Source of the DNA: a virus
Reading direction: 5' to 3' (one strand)
DNA: 64,000 nucleotides
IMG/VR virus record: IMGVR_UViG_3300032268_001483
Span: 32,001-96,000 of that record
How positions within the stretch are numbered: the stretch's first letter is position 1; each line of letters begins with the position of its first letter. Below, one piece after another: positions 1 to 9,856 of the stretch. The notes under the pieces were generated by a model, which did no database searches, was not told the origin of the DNA, and saw nothing but the letters and a program-made list of their open reading frames with translations. Both the position numbers and the translations under genes were made by a program.

Positions 1-510
1 TTTCCCATCTCCTAAAGTCAATGATATTTTACCAGATTCATTTACAACCTCACCATCTATACTTATGAAGTCAGTAATATCAGTTCCCAAGTTATTAACC
101 TTCTTTTTAGCACCAGCTTTTTTCGCCTCTGCTTCTGATATATATTTGCCTTTTCCAACAACTTCTGACGAAGTGCGTATAGCCTCCTCAATATCTTTTT
201 GATAAATTTCTACATAGTGAGTTGGTACACCAGCTTCTGGTGATGTGGGTAGATTTTCTTGTATATCTTTTATATTATGAGCCGGATTGGGTAAATTATA
301 ATAAACCTCATGATCCGATGTTCTCGCAACTCCAAATTCAATAGTTAATGTAGATTGTTGCATTGCTTGTTGAAGACTAATTGTGTATGGTGATGCTACT
401 TGACCAGTTGCTGTAATTGCCTGCATTATGAGCGCAATTTGCTCCATTGATACTTCTTCATTTATCATTTCACTTTCGAACTTTTTCAAGTGTTTCAATT
501 CTTTTTTCAT
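1..510 (-). CDS. Hypothetical protein, partial (runs off window start), with capsid-targeting-like leader
   Basis: Translated by hand from ATG at 510: MKKELKHLKKFESEMINEEVSMEQIAL..., open to base 1. TAATATATA on minus at 531-539. Not in the ORF track. Confidence 0.8.
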   Translation of the reverse strand, partial: MKKELKHLKKFESEMINEEVSMEQIALIMQAITATGQVASPYTISLQQAMQQSTLTIEFGVARTSDHEVYYNLPNPAHNIKDIQENLPTSPEAGVPTHYVEIYQKDIEEAIRTSSEVVGKGKYISEAEAKKAGAKKKVNNLGTDITDFISIDGEVVNESGKISLTLGDGK

Positions 511-530
511 ATTAATGGTTTATTTTATTG

Positions 531-539
531 TATATATTA
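531..539 (-). promoter_or_regulatory. TAATATATA putative late promoter
   Basis: Recurrent motif just upstream of ORF at 510; divergent partner at 582-590. Confidence 0.55.
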
Positions 540-581
540 AAAATAAATTTCATTTTTTAATTTTTTTTTTTTTAATTATTT

Positions 582-590
582 TAATATATA
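582..590 (+). promoter_or_regulatory. TAATATATA putative late promoter
   Basis: 18 nt upstream of ATG 609. Confidence 0.55.
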
Positions 591-608
591 TAAAAAAAAG
601 AAAACAAA

Positions 609-1631
609 ATGCGTTTAAAATCATTTGAAAACTATTTAATAGATGAAGAATTAATCTATAATCCCGAAGGCGTTAAACCAACAGGTACTGAGACTTCAAC
701 TTTTTCGAACAGACTTGTTTATTGGAATAACTTACCTAAAAAATTTAAACAAGAAACTCTAACAGAAGAAGAGAAAAAAGATTATAATAGAATTCTTAAT
801 GCGAGAACTTGGTGGTTGATGACTGATTTGGAAAATTCAAATATAGACGAAAAGAAAAAGAAAGAATATCAAAAACGTTTCAAAGATTTTGAGGAGGCTT
901 TGGATAGAGCATACAAACAAATACCCGATGATTTCTTTGTTAGAAAAAATAAAAAACACATATCAAGTTCACTAAGAAGAAGTTCTTTAAAAGGACCTGA
1001 AAAAAACATGAAATTTGAACCGACTTCATATAGCAAAATCAAGGTGAAAAGTTTTGCTAATGAAAAATTGAACTACACAGCACCTGTAAGACCAAAACCA
1101 AAAGAAGTTTCAGAAGTTTTACAAAAATTTAACGATTGGTTAGAAACTGTAGAGATGCCTTGGAATGAAATATCTTCATATTTGGGTGTAATAACAAAAA
1201 TAGATCAAAAAGAGAATCCAAGCTATGATACTGGCGAGATACCCAAATTAGTTGGAAAAACACTAAACATGCTAACAGATTTAGTACAATATTCTTCTGA
1301 ATTGGCTGTTGGAGATGATTTTAATATGTCAAAAAGCGAATATGAGGAAGCCAAATCACCTTTTGGTAGAGCAAAAAATGATGCGATGACTAAAATTGAA
1401 AAAATTGAAGAATACCTATATAGTGACTATTATATACCAAGAGGCGGTGAAAAGTATCGAGGTTTGATAGAAAATAAAATAAGAGAAATAGAAAGAACAT
1501 TCAAAACAAAAGATGCGGATTCCGTATTGAAATTAACCGAAGAACTTAAGAAATTAATCAATGAAGCCGACTTTAGATTCAAACAAAATGAAAGTTTGAA
1601 TAACATACTTAGATTTAATCAATTCGGGTAA
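609..1631 (+). CDS. Hypothetical protein with capsid-targeting-like leader
   Basis: 340 aa ORF, MRLKSFENY start, ends NESLNNILRFNQFG. Confidence 0.75.
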   Translation: MRLKSFENYLIDEELIYNPEGVKPTGTETSTFSNRLVYWNNLPKKFKQETLTEEEKKDYNRILNARTWWLMTDLENSNIDEKKKKEYQKRFKDFEEALDRAYKQIPDDFFVRKNKKHISSSLRRSSLKGPEKNMKFEPTSYSKIKVKSFANEKLNYTAPVRPKPKEVSEVLQKFNDWLETVEMPWNEISSYLGVITKIDQKENPSYDTGEIPKLVGKTLNMLTDLVQYSSELAVGDDFNMSKSEYEEAKSPFGRAKNDAMTKIEKIEEYLYSDYYIPRGGEKYRGLIENKIREIERTFKTKDADSVLKLTEELKKLINEADFRFKQNESLNNILRFNQFG

Positions 1632-1633
1632 TA

Positions 1634-2839
1634 TCAAAAAACTAGAGGTAATTCTTCCCAGGAAGTAGTATAATTCTTTGAAAGAAAATCTCTTCTTGTC
1701 ATCCATTTTTGAGATTCTACTTTTGGGACTATTGCCTCCTCAAAACTTTCATAGATTAAACTTTCCTGTTTAATTTCCTGTGGACTTAAACTATGTAAGT
1801 TGATACCTGCCTTATAATACAATCTAAGTGGCATAGAATCTAAATAATAAGAAATTTGATTCCATATTTCCTTTATATCCGAGGTTTGTTCTAATAGTCT
1901 GAGTGTTACACTCCAAACAAAGTAATTTTCATCAAAACGATTAGTAGTTGCAAATAAAGTAACTTTATACGATGTTAAATTTTCTCTTACTAATTTTAGA
2001 TGACAATTTTCTAAGAATGTCCAAAAGGCATTTTTAACTTGTTCGTGCTCCCAAACTGTGCTACCGAAAGTTCTTGATGAAGTAATCATCTTTGGTTTTT
2101 TAAAGTTTGTTTGTACATCATAACAAAGACCACCATTTAACTCAAGCCAAGTTCTTAGTCCAGTAACGTGTAAAAACTTTCTGACTATACCTGGATCTAA
2201 TTTAGTAAAATCTACAACATTAATTACCTCTAACTTTTGCAATCTTTTCTTATAGTTCCTACCAATACCCCAGACTTCATCTATATCAATTTGTTTAAGT
2301 AATTGTATATCTATATCATAGTAAGAACAAACACCACCATATTCTTCTCTTTTCTTTTTAGAAATGAAATTGCAAAGTTTAGCTAAGGTTTTATTAGGAG
2401 CAACACCAATAGAAACTGGTATTCCAGTTTGTTTTTGAATTGTATCTTTAATTTTTTGACACTCTTCCCAAACTTTATCATCTGAAATATGACTTAAATC
2501 TAAAAAGGATTCATCAATAGAATATACTTCAACTTTTGGAACCAATCTTTTTAAGATAGTTGCAATTCTATCAGAGATATCACCATAAAGTGTATAGTTA
2601 GAAGAGAATTTTTTTATTTTGTCTTTGATGGTTTTATCTAATTTAAAAAGTGGCTGGCCCATCTTAATACCCATATCTTTTACTTCTTGACTTCTGGCAA
2701 TAATACAACCGTCATTATTAGATAATACGACGGTTGGTTTGGTGTCAAATTGAGGATCGAAAAGTCTTTCACAGGAGCAATAAAAATTATTGGCGTCGAT
2801 TATTGCTATTTTTTTATTTGATTTTATATGCTCAAACAT
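1634..2839 (-). CDS. umuC: Y-family DNA polymerase V subunit UmuC
   Basis: IIDANNFYCSCERLFDP, VVLSNNDGCIIARS, YSIDESFLD, and C-terminal WMTRRDFLSKNYTTSWEEL tail typical of UmuC. Confidence 0.95.
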   Translation of the reverse strand: MFEHIKSNKKIAIIDANNFYCSCERLFDPQFDTKPTVVLSNNDGCIIARSQEVKDMGIKMGQPLFKLDKTIKDKIKKFSSNYTLYGDISDRIATILKRLVPKVEVYSIDESFLDLSHISDDKVWEECQKIKDTIQKQTGIPVSIGVAPNKTLAKLCNFISKKKREEYGGVCSYYDIDIQLLKQIDIDEVWGIGRNYKKRLQKLEVINVVDFTKLDPGIVRKFLHVTGLRTWLELNGGLCYDVQTNFKKPKMITSSRTFGSTVWEHEQVKNAFWTFLENCHLKLVRENLTSYKVTLFATTNRFDENYFVWSVTLRLLEQTSDIKEIWNQISYYLDSMPLRLYYKAGINLHSLSPQEIKQESLIYESFEEAIVPKVESQKWMTRRDFLSKNYTTSWEELPLVF

Positions 2840-3147
2840 TACTTTTTAATTTGTGATAATACCCAGGTGACTACTCCCCATACATTAGTTTGTGAATTAA
2901 ATTTTTCTAAAATAATATTATCTTCTTTAATTAGGACTAAATCATCTTGTGAGGGATTTAAGGATTTGTCTACTACTAAAATATCACCGGTTTTTGCACC
3001 ATATTTTGAGGTACCTTCATATTTAAAATAGTAAGTAGTGATAATATCTTTTGGAATTAATCGATTTAAGTCCAATCGATTTTGAACATAGTTTTCTGCG
3101 GGAGACCCAAATCCTGTTGTTTTAGTTTTGACTTCTAATTGTTCCAT
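2839..3147 (-). CDS. umuD: UmuD-like (S24 family) protein, short and degenerate
   Basis: GFGSPAENY..RLDLN, GDILVVDKS, VWGVVT motifs; directly upstream of and overlapping umuC. Confidence 0.8.
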   Translation of the reverse strand: MEQLEVKTKTTGFGSPAENYVQNRLDLNRLIPKDIITTYYFKYEGTSKYGAKTGDILVVDKSLNPSQDDLVLIKEDNIILEKFNSQTNVWGVVTWVLSQIKK

Positions 3148-3347
3148 TTTTGTAATAATTGATCGATGTTGGTAATACAGTCATTAGCAAAAGCAAGTTC
3201 TTCGATTTGCTTTCTAAGTTCTTCCATAACCTGTGGATGCTCACCGATACCAGCAGCATTTGTAAGATAAACTTGAATTGTTTCTTCAGCTTCCGCAACT
3301 CTGGCTTCGTAGTGTTTTTTGGCGGCTTCTAATCTACTTAATTTCAT
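3135..3347 (-). CDS. Small conserved phage protein (GIGEHP motif)
   Basis: 70 aa, overlaps umuD start, first gene of the umuDC unit. Confidence 0.65.
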   Translation of the reverse strand: MKLSRLEAAKKHYEARVAEAEETIQVYLTNAAGIGEHPQVMEELRKQIEELAFANDCITNIDQLLQKWNN

Positions 3348-3448
3348 TTTTAATAAAGTATTTTCTTTTTTTTATAATACTGACACATTAAAGTTTAATA
3401 AATAAGGAGAGTTTTAGTATGATTTAATAAAAATAACCTTGAATTTTT

Positions 3449-3781
3449 ATGACAATTATTAGACTAATAAGCTATTTAGAGGATACCTCTAGAACACTAA
3501 GTGAATTTGGTGTAAACGTGGAAAGAATACCGATTAATACTGGAACAAGATTTCATAATAAATTAGGCGTCTCTTTCAATATTAAAATATTTAATCAAGA
3601 CTATTCAATTGGATTTTATCAAGAGACTATCGATAAAGAGAATTGGAAATTTTCAGAGACTAAGTTAAAATCTTGGTGCAAAAGAAATTCTGAAAAATAT
3701 TCATCAAAATCTTTATATTACTTATTGGAAAACTTCAAGACAATTAGTAGAAATCGAAAGATTAATCAAATATTGAAATGA
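3449..3781 (+). CDS. Hypothetical protein
   Basis: 110 aa ORF followed by terminator; C-terminal RNRKINQIL. Confidence 0.65.
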   Translation: MTIIRLISYLEDTSRTLSEFGVNVERIPINTGTRFHNKLGVSFNIKIFNQDYSIGFYQETIDKENWKFSETKLKSWCKRNSEKYSSKSLYYLLENFKTISRNRKINQILK

Positions 3782-3783
3782 AA

Positions 3784-3811
3784 AAAATCCATCTTTTTAT
3801 CGATGGATTTT
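3784..3811. terminator. Bidirectional intrinsic terminator
   Basis: aaaatccatc-loop-gatggatttt between convergent genes. Confidence 0.7.
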
Positions 3812-3847
3812 AGAGAGAAAAAAAAAATAAATGAAACACTTAAAACC

Positions 3848-4102
3848 TTAAATCTTTTCGATTTCTTCAACAAGTTCGAAATCTTTTTTTGTAATTATAT
3901 CACCTCTATCGTGAGTTGTTGTTTTTACTTCAACAGTATTATAATTAATTATTATAGTTGGATGATGTTTTAATTCGCTAGCAATTTTAGCTACTTTATT
4001 TACAAAGTCGATTGATGAGTCAAAATCTCCAAATTCAAATTTTTTATAAAGGTAGTTATTAATTTCTAACCAATCGTTTTGGATTTGTGAAAATCTTTTC
4101 AT
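3848..4102 (-). CDS. phhB: Pterin-4-alpha-carbinolamine dehydratase
   Basis: KKFEFGDFDSSIDFVNKVAKIASELKHHPTI..TTHD..IT.KDFEL motif; start reassigned to ATG 4102 (MKRFSQ), just downstream of an ATATATA motif. Confidence 0.9.
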   Translation of the reverse strand: MKRFSQIQNDWLEINNYLYKKFEFGDFDSSIDFVNKVAKIASELKHHPTIIINYNTVEVKTTTHDRGDIITKKDFELVEEIEKI

Positions 4103-4222
4103 ATCTTTATATATTGAAATATAAAAGGTCACAATATCTATTTTGAAAAATAAATTATAAAAAATTTCGATTTTATAAAGTATTTTATTATCTTTACATA
4201 ACAAACATTAAAACAAAAAAAT

Positions 4223-4573
4223 ATGAACTTAATATTAATCGATTTGAAACAATATAATCATCCTAAATTAAAGGAATTAGCTGAACATTTTGATTTTAAT
4301 GCTGAATCTTTAGTTTTGTTCAAAGATAATGGTGTTGCAAAAATATGGGTTGATTTAGATACTAAAGATGTAGTTACTTTTACTATAAAAAAAGATAACA
4401 CTATTAGATTGGGTGACCAGTTTATGGAAAAACTTCTCTCTTTGAAAGCCTTTGAATTACCAAAAAAACCTAAATCCCTTTCTTTAGATTCTATATTAGA
4501 AAAAATATCTAATCTTGGAATTAACTCACTAACAACTGATGAGAAAAATTATCTCGATAATTTAAATAAATAA
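4223..4573 (+). CDS. Hypothetical protein with C-terminal LDSILEKIS..G..SLT.DEK motif (DUF6576-like)
   Basis: 116 aa ORF; motif recognised by eye. Confidence 0.6.
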   Translation: MNLILIDLKQYNHPKLKELAEHFDFNAESLVLFKDNGVAKIWVDLDTKDVVTFTIKKDNTIRLGDQFMEKLLSLKAFELPKKPKSLSLDSILEKISNLGINSLTTDEKNYLDNLNK

Positions 4574-4653
4574 AAATAAAAAATCAGTAAAAAATTGTTT
4601 AATTAAATTTTAATCACTATATTTGTACTATTAAATTGTAAAAAAAAAAAATT

Positions 4654-4845
4654 ATGAAATCAATAAAATTCACCAATCGCGAAAAACTTTTACTACACAT
4701 TACTAATTTAGTAATTGGATTCTTTATATTCTACTTAATGGGTATATTAACTATATCTGGCTCTTTTTTATTGTTAGTAACCGTTTTATTGAGTACGGAA
4801 TTGGGATTTTTTTTACTTCAAAAAAATAAAAAAATGAATCAGTAG
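4654..4845 (+). CDS. Small two-TM membrane protein
   Basis: 63 aa, two hydrophobic segments. Confidence 0.55.
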   Translation: MKSIKFTNREKLLLHITNLVIGFFIFYLMGILTISGSFLLLVTVLLSTELGFFLLQKNKKMNQ

Positions 4846-5003
4846 ACACCCAACAAATAAAAAAAAAATTAAAAATCAAAAAAAATCAAAAAATCAATTT
4901 TTTGATTTTTTTTTTGTTATATATAGATTATAAACCTTCAGGGAGAATTTAAAAATTTATTATCTTGAAAGTTTAATAAAATAACAAAAAAAAAAATTAT
5001 ATC

Positions 5004-5711
5004 ATGAAACATCTAAAAACCTATGAATCATTTAATTATGATGTTTATTCATTGAATGAAGAGGAAGAAATACTCGGTTTTCTTAAAAAAGTTGGATCTA
5101 CGATTGCTAGCGCATTCTCTTCTGTCGTGAATTTTTTCAAGAAAATGTTTAGTAAACTATTCACTTTCAACGTATCTGCTTATAAAGCAAAAGCAGAAAA
5201 ACTTGTAGAAGACGTTCAAAAGACTGAACAGTGGAAAAAATTCATCGAATCTATGGTCGGTAAATTAAGTTCTGAGCAAGTAGCAAATCTTGAGTCAACT
5301 GTCAAAACTACACAATTTTCAGAGACAGAATGTGAAAATATGGGAGAGGCAGTTAAATCACTCACAGGCGCACAAGAAAAAGTTGAAGAAGTAACAGAAA
5401 AATTGAGATCTGGGCTCATCACAGAAAGCAGAGGATATTATTTGCTTAGAGAGGCACAAGAACAAAAAGAAGATGCTGAAAAACAATTGAGACAGGAAAT
5501 TGAGAAAAAGATGGGTAAACTTCAGGCTGGTGTCTTCATAACTGGTCTTTCAGCTTTCATTGTGACTACTATTGGTCTTTTATCAGGTAGTTTTGCAGTT
5601 GCGGTAATCGGAGCAGGTGTATTAGTTGCTGGTCTTATAGCTGCAGCTATAGCTGCTGTTGCAATTGTAGCAAAGGGCGCAAAAACAGGTGAGTTACCAA
5701 GAGGTTTGTAA
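5004..5711 (+). CDS. Putative internal virion protein with C-terminal hydrophobic hairpin
   Basis: MKHLKTYESF leader, amphipathic helix, C-terminal Ala/Gly/Val-rich TM pair. Confidence 0.7.
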   Translation: MKHLKTYESFNYDVYSLNEEEEILGFLKKVGSTIASAFSSVVNFFKKMFSKLFTFNVSAYKAKAEKLVEDVQKTEQWKKFIESMVGKLSSEQVANLESTVKTTQFSETECENMGEAVKSLTGAQEKVEEVTEKLRSGLITESRGYYLLREAQEQKEDAEKQLRQEIEKKMGKLQAGVFITGLSAFIVTTIGLLSGSFAVAVIGAGVLVAGLIAAAIAAVAIVAKGAKTGELPRGL

Positions 5712-5749
5712 ATTAATTTGACTTTAATAATAAATTAATTACAGTAAAT

Positions 5750-5786
5750 AAAAAGAATAAAAGGGAATTACCCTTTTATTCTTTTT
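5750..5786. terminator. Intrinsic terminator
   Basis: Perfect 16-bp inverted repeat aaaaagaataaaaggg/cccttttattcttttt. Confidence 0.85.
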
Positions 5787-5827
5787 AATTTAAAATTTAA
5801 ATATATAATAAAATTATATGTTTAATA

Positions 5828-6346
5828 ATGAATTTCCTAAACTTTCTCTTAAACAACTCAGTTTTTTTGCTAGGATTAGCCACTTTGACAAAAGCTGTAT
5901 GGGAATATTCTCAAAAAAGAAGATTCGAAAAGGATCTTTTTCTACACCAACAGTTAGAAAGATTCTTCGCCATTGAAGAAGTTCAAGTTGTACATAGAAT
6001 TTTAGATTGGAACTCTATGAAAGTCACCTATCAATGCACTGACTACTATTTAGATGATGCAATTATCCTTGAAGGTATCAAAACTCACGATAAGAAAAAT
6101 AAGTTCAGTGAGAGGGAAGTCATGATTAGAAAAATATTCGATAGATACTTTGACGAATTGAATCACCTTATTATTCTTAAAGACTGTAATTTAATAGATG
6201 AAAAAAATCTTAGAAGATTCTTAAGATATTGGATTGATATACTTAGAGGTTCTAAGAAAAACAAATCGGACATAGTTATAACTTCTATACACCAATATTT
6301 AACATTCTATGATTATAAAGAAGTTAAAAAATTTATTCTAAAGTAA
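5828..6346 (+). CDS. Hypothetical protein with N-terminal membrane anchor
   Basis: 172 aa ORF, hydrophobic residues about 5-25. Confidence 0.65.
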   Translation: MNFLNFLLNNSVFLLGLATLTKAVWEYSQKRRFEKDLFLHQQLERFFAIEEVQVVHRILDWNSMKVTYQCTDYYLDDAIILEGIKTHDKKNKFSEREVMIRKIFDRYFDELNHLIILKDCNLIDEKNLRRFLRYWIDILRGSKKNKSDIVITSIHQYLTFYDYKEVKKFILK

Positions 6347-6529
6347 TTAATTCTTTCCGAGTTTTTCCTGAGCCATTTCTATAAGTTCAGGAAGTGAGTA
6401 ACCGTCATAATGACCGCTTTCTTGCCACCCATAAGCTAATTCAAGTACCTCTTTTGATGGTTCTTTTTTTGATGACCTCTTTTTTTCTTGTTCGTTTTCA
6501 AATACTTTAAATGATTTCAAATTTTTCAT
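6347..6529 (-). CDS. Small protein with capsid-targeting-like leader
   Basis: MKNLKSFKVFENE, 60 aa, in tight operon. Confidence 0.65.
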   Translation of the reverse strand: MKNLKSFKVFENEQEKKRSSKKEPSKEVLELAYGWQESGHYDGYSLPELIEMAQEKLGKN

Positions 6530-6545
6530 ATTTTTATAATTTTTA

Positions 6546-8174
6546 TTAACTTATAAATCTTATAACAAAAGTTCTAAACATTTCTAAGTCACTATTCAAT
6601 TTTCCCAAATCTTCACTCATTATTGAGTTTATAAAACTATCAGTATGATAAGTATATCCACACAAATTGTTAATTACACGTCTTATATATGCAAATTTTC
6701 GACTACCGTTAAATCCTGCTCTGATAGAATTAATTTTATAAAACAAAAATTCAGTATCATCAAAGGTATTTATTTCCTTCTTTTTAAGAATTTCATAAAA
6801 TTCGTTGAAAACTGCTTTCAATTTATCAACAAACTCGATATAAACTTTAGGATTATTTTCATTTGGCGAAGGCAACGAATTATTTGATGCCCTTTCCTTA
6901 ACAGATTTCTTGAATGTGTCAATACAATTTTCAAATTCTAAACTAAAGTTATTATTATTAGATATTCTAGTTTTGATAAGATTTATTAAATACCTTTGAT
7001 AATATTCTTTATCATCATCATCGATGAATAAATATAAATAATTTACGAATTGATTGAAATCATTAGTACTACCTGAGAGTGCAAAAGCTAATGCCTTTGG
7101 ACCACCACACATTTTTAGGACCGCACCTTTAAGATTCTTCAACTCTGGGTCGATTTGGACTCTTTTAGAAATTTCTTCGATGTATCTATTAATGTTTTTA
7201 GATTTAATCTGTTGGTCAGTCATAAGAGCAAGTGCTCCCTTTTTTCCAACTTCTCTTTCTTTTGAAGTATCACTCTTTTTTTTGTAGTCAGACTTTTGCA
7301 AATCTAGGTAATTCAAGACAATAGCAAAACTAGCTTTTTTGATTAGTGGTTCTATGTCACGATGTATTTCGACTTTCAAATATTGGTTCAAAATTCCATT
7401 CCATAGATAAGGATTCACTTCTTTGACAATATTTTCTTTAGTTTTTATTGGCTTAACTAGATAGGGTTCACCCGAATAATTATTAGTACTTGAAATTTGC
7501 CAACTACAATTACCATATTTTTTCCACTCATATCCAGAGGGTGACGAACCACAATATGAATTCTGTATCATATAAACACCATATTCTCTGTATACGGTTG
7601 CTATAAGGAGACTACCCCCGTTTTCTAATTTTATCAAAACTTTATCTCCAGTTTTCAACTCACTTAAGTCCATTAAACTAAGTGTTTTTACTTTTGTATA
7701 GTTTTCTATATTATCAGTGTTCTGAGCTTCCCTTATACTTCCATCAACACCAGTATATGTGATATAATTACCTTTAGTGTCAAACCAAAATTTTATCCAT
7801 TTCAAATTTTTTACTGATGACGGCTGAACACCGGTTCCTTTACAATTAGGGCACTCTACCATTCTTGTGCCGCTACCCCAGTTTCTTTTAATCTTACCCT
7901 GTTGACAGAATTCTCCCCTAATACCATTCTCGAATAACCCGAAACTTTCTGCTTCACAAGGCTCATCCTCATAGTTGATATTTAATTCGAGTGCCTTTTT
8001 AAAAGGTAAATATTGAAAAAAATCATCAGAAAATTGTGACATAGGAAAATCTATCCTACTTGCAATATTTTTTAGTTGATATAGGAATTGTTCCTTTCCG
8101 GTTGGAGAAAGAAATTTCATTGTTTTTCCTAAAATCTGAGATTCAAATGCTTCAAATAACTTTAAATATTTCAT
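6546..8174 (-). CDS. Hypothetical protein with leader and DnaJ-type Zn-finger segment
   Basis: MKYLKLFEAF; C..FCQQG..CPNCKGTG. Confidence 0.75.
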   Translation of the reverse strand: MKYLKLFEAFESQILGKTMKFLSPTGKEQFLYQLKNIASRIDFPMSQFSDDFFQYLPFKKALELNINYEDEPCEAESFGLFENGIRGEFCQQGKIKRNWGSGTRMVECPNCKGTGVQPSSVKNLKWIKFWFDTKGNYITYTGVDGSIREAQNTDNIENYTKVKTLSLMDLSELKTGDKVLIKLENGGSLLIATVYREYGVYMIQNSYCGSSPSGYEWKKYGNCSWQISSTNNYSGEPYLVKPIKTKENIVKEVNPYLWNGILNQYLKVEIHRDIEPLIKKASFAIVLNYLDLQKSDYKKKSDTSKEREVGKKGALALMTDQQIKSKNINRYIEEISKRVQIDPELKNLKGAVLKMCGGPKALAFALSGSTNDFNQFVNYLYLFIDDDDKEYYQRYLINLIKTRISNNNNFSLEFENCIDTFKKSVKERASNNSLPSPNENNPKVYIEFVDKLKAVFNEFYEILKKKEINTFDDTEFLFYKINSIRAGFNGSRKFAYIRRVINNLCGYTYHTDSFINSIMSEDLGKLNSDLEMFRTFVIRFIS

Positions 8175-9856
8175 ATTACTGGTCCAATTGTTTCTATTTT
8201 AATTCCCTTAGATTTAAGTGAATTAATATAATTCTTGTTTTCTTTTCCTGATGCTAAATCACCAGAAATAACTATTTTCTTAAGTTTCAATCCTTCAACA
8301 ATACCTTTGAATTCAATGAAATCTACCGTATAAATTAAGTGTAATTCCTCTAAATTTTTGAATACCGAAATATCTCTTCCTTCCAGTTCACAATTTATAA
8401 ATTCTAGTGATTTTATATTTGGGCAATTTTGATTCAGATCAGATAAAATTTCATTTTTAAATTGACATTTATCAAATGAGAATGTATTTGATTTCAAGTT
8501 TTTGAATGGATCTAAACTATTTAATTTCAAATATCTAAATCGGGTAATTTTTGGATCCAATTTCAAATCAAAAAAGTTTTGAGGCAACATAGTTGTATCT
8601 ATATTCATTTCCTCAATTCTTGCTTTTGGTGATATAATACATTGTGACCAATCTGAATCTTGAGCGAATGTTATTGATTTTGCATTAATACCAATTAGTT
8701 TTCTTCTTTTGATTCCGAGTCTGTCCATATAAGGATCATCTATATAATTTATATCTTCTGGTATATCAGGTGAGAATATATACGTATCGGCTCCTCCTCC
8801 TGTTGATGACTCCATTCCTGTGTACTTTTGAATTATCTCATTCATCAATAACTGCATTCTATCCGGATAAGCTCTATCAAAATATAATCGAAACTTTTTA
8901 TCATCTTTAGATTGAGGCATATCGATATTTCTAATCATCATTCTACTCAAAGGCAATTGTTCAGAAATCAGTACACCTTTAGAATCCAAAATTGGACTAT
9001 CAAAAATTAAGAAAGCCGGAACAGAATTTGGATCGAAGACATTTCCCATAACTTGAGTTCTATATCCACCTCTATACAAATGTTGACAAGAACCATAAAA
9101 TCTCGAAACAGACATATTTAAAATATCTTTTGCATTATGTTTAATAGAAAGGAACATATCTCTAGCATATACATCGACTTCTACAAGGTAACTATCACCA
9201 CCAAAATCTTCCTTAGAAGCAGAAATTACTCTCAACACTTCGCCAGAAGAGAATTTGAAAGCATCAACTGTTTTATCAGGATATAATCTATTATAATCTT
9301 CTACAAATCCATTAATATTTACTAAGTTTTTCGAGAAAATAATCTCATCTTTCTCTCTTTTTCTTTTTATTGGTTTCTTAGTTTCTTCATCAAGTATAGG
9401 TCTACCACTTTCATCTCTAATCATGATTTCGTCAGCTTGAGTTTCACTCATAGATATTTTTTTAAAAATATTTTCTGAAAGAACTGAGATTTGATTAATT
9501 GTTGGTTTATGTATATCAAAATTATTTAAAATTTTTCTAAACTTATCATTATCGTTTTTGATTAAGTCTAAATCTATAGATTTTTCTAAACACTGTTTGA
9601 ATTGATTCGGTAGTCCACCAAAGAATTCATATACAACATCTAATCTAGCACTAAAAAAGGTAGAAAGAGCTTTGATCTTATCTTCTTCTGTCAATTTCCA
9701 TTTACCTTGTATAATATTATCGGTTGCTTCGATTTCTTCTAAATCTAAAATCCTTTCACCCCAGAGAGCTTTCACTACTTCTTTTTGTGGTGGTAAAATA
9801 GAATCTCCGATTTTAGCCTCGCTTAAAAATTTTTCTCGAGATTTAATCCACTTCAT
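8171..9856 (-). CDS. Hypothetical protein: SC(Q/M)-family domain plus C-terminal leucine-rich repeats
   Basis: GSCQHLY..FDRAYP core; LKSLEFINCEL/LEELHLIY LRR-like repeats. Confidence 0.65.
   Translation of the reverse strand: MKWIKSREKFLSEAKIGDSILPPQKEVVKALWGERILDLEEIEATDNIIQGKWKLTEEDKIKALSTFFSARLDVVYEFFGGLPNQFKQCLEKSIDLDLIKNDNDKFRKILNNFDIHKPTINQISVLSENIFKKISMSETQADEIMIRDESGRPILDEETKKPIKRKREKDEIIFSKNLVNINGFVEDYNRLYPDKTVDAFKFSSGEVLRVISASKEDFGGDSYLVEVDVYARDMFLSIKHNAKDILNMSVSRFYGSCQHLYRGGYRTQVMGNVFDPNSVPAFLIFDSPILDSKGVLISEQLPLSRMMIRNIDMPQSKDDKKFRLYFDRAYPDRMQLLMNEIIQKYTGMESSTGGGADTYIFSPDIPEDINYIDDPYMDRLGIKRRKLIGINAKSITFAQDSDWSQCIISPKARIEEMNIDTTMLPQNFFDLKLDPKITRFRYLKLNSLDPFKNLKSNTFSFDKCQFKNEILSDLNQNCPNIKSLEFINCELEGRDISVFKNLEELHLIYTVDFIEFKGIVEGLKLKKIVISGDLASGKENKNYINSLKSKGIKIETIGPVI

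Noticed and set aside
428-628. Track ORF 428-628 and other short antisense ORFs (for example 5216-5422, 36402-36605, 45693-45908, 54015-54512, 60713-61042)
   Set aside because: They are shadows opposite better-supported genes or structured RNA; 45693-45908 is the antisense of the real lipoprotein at 45689-45862.
4927-4978. Hairpin in the leader of 5004 (taaaccttcagg..tcttgaaagttta)
   Set aside because: About 12 bp with a mismatch and GU pairs in very AT-rich DNA; not distinguishable from chance.
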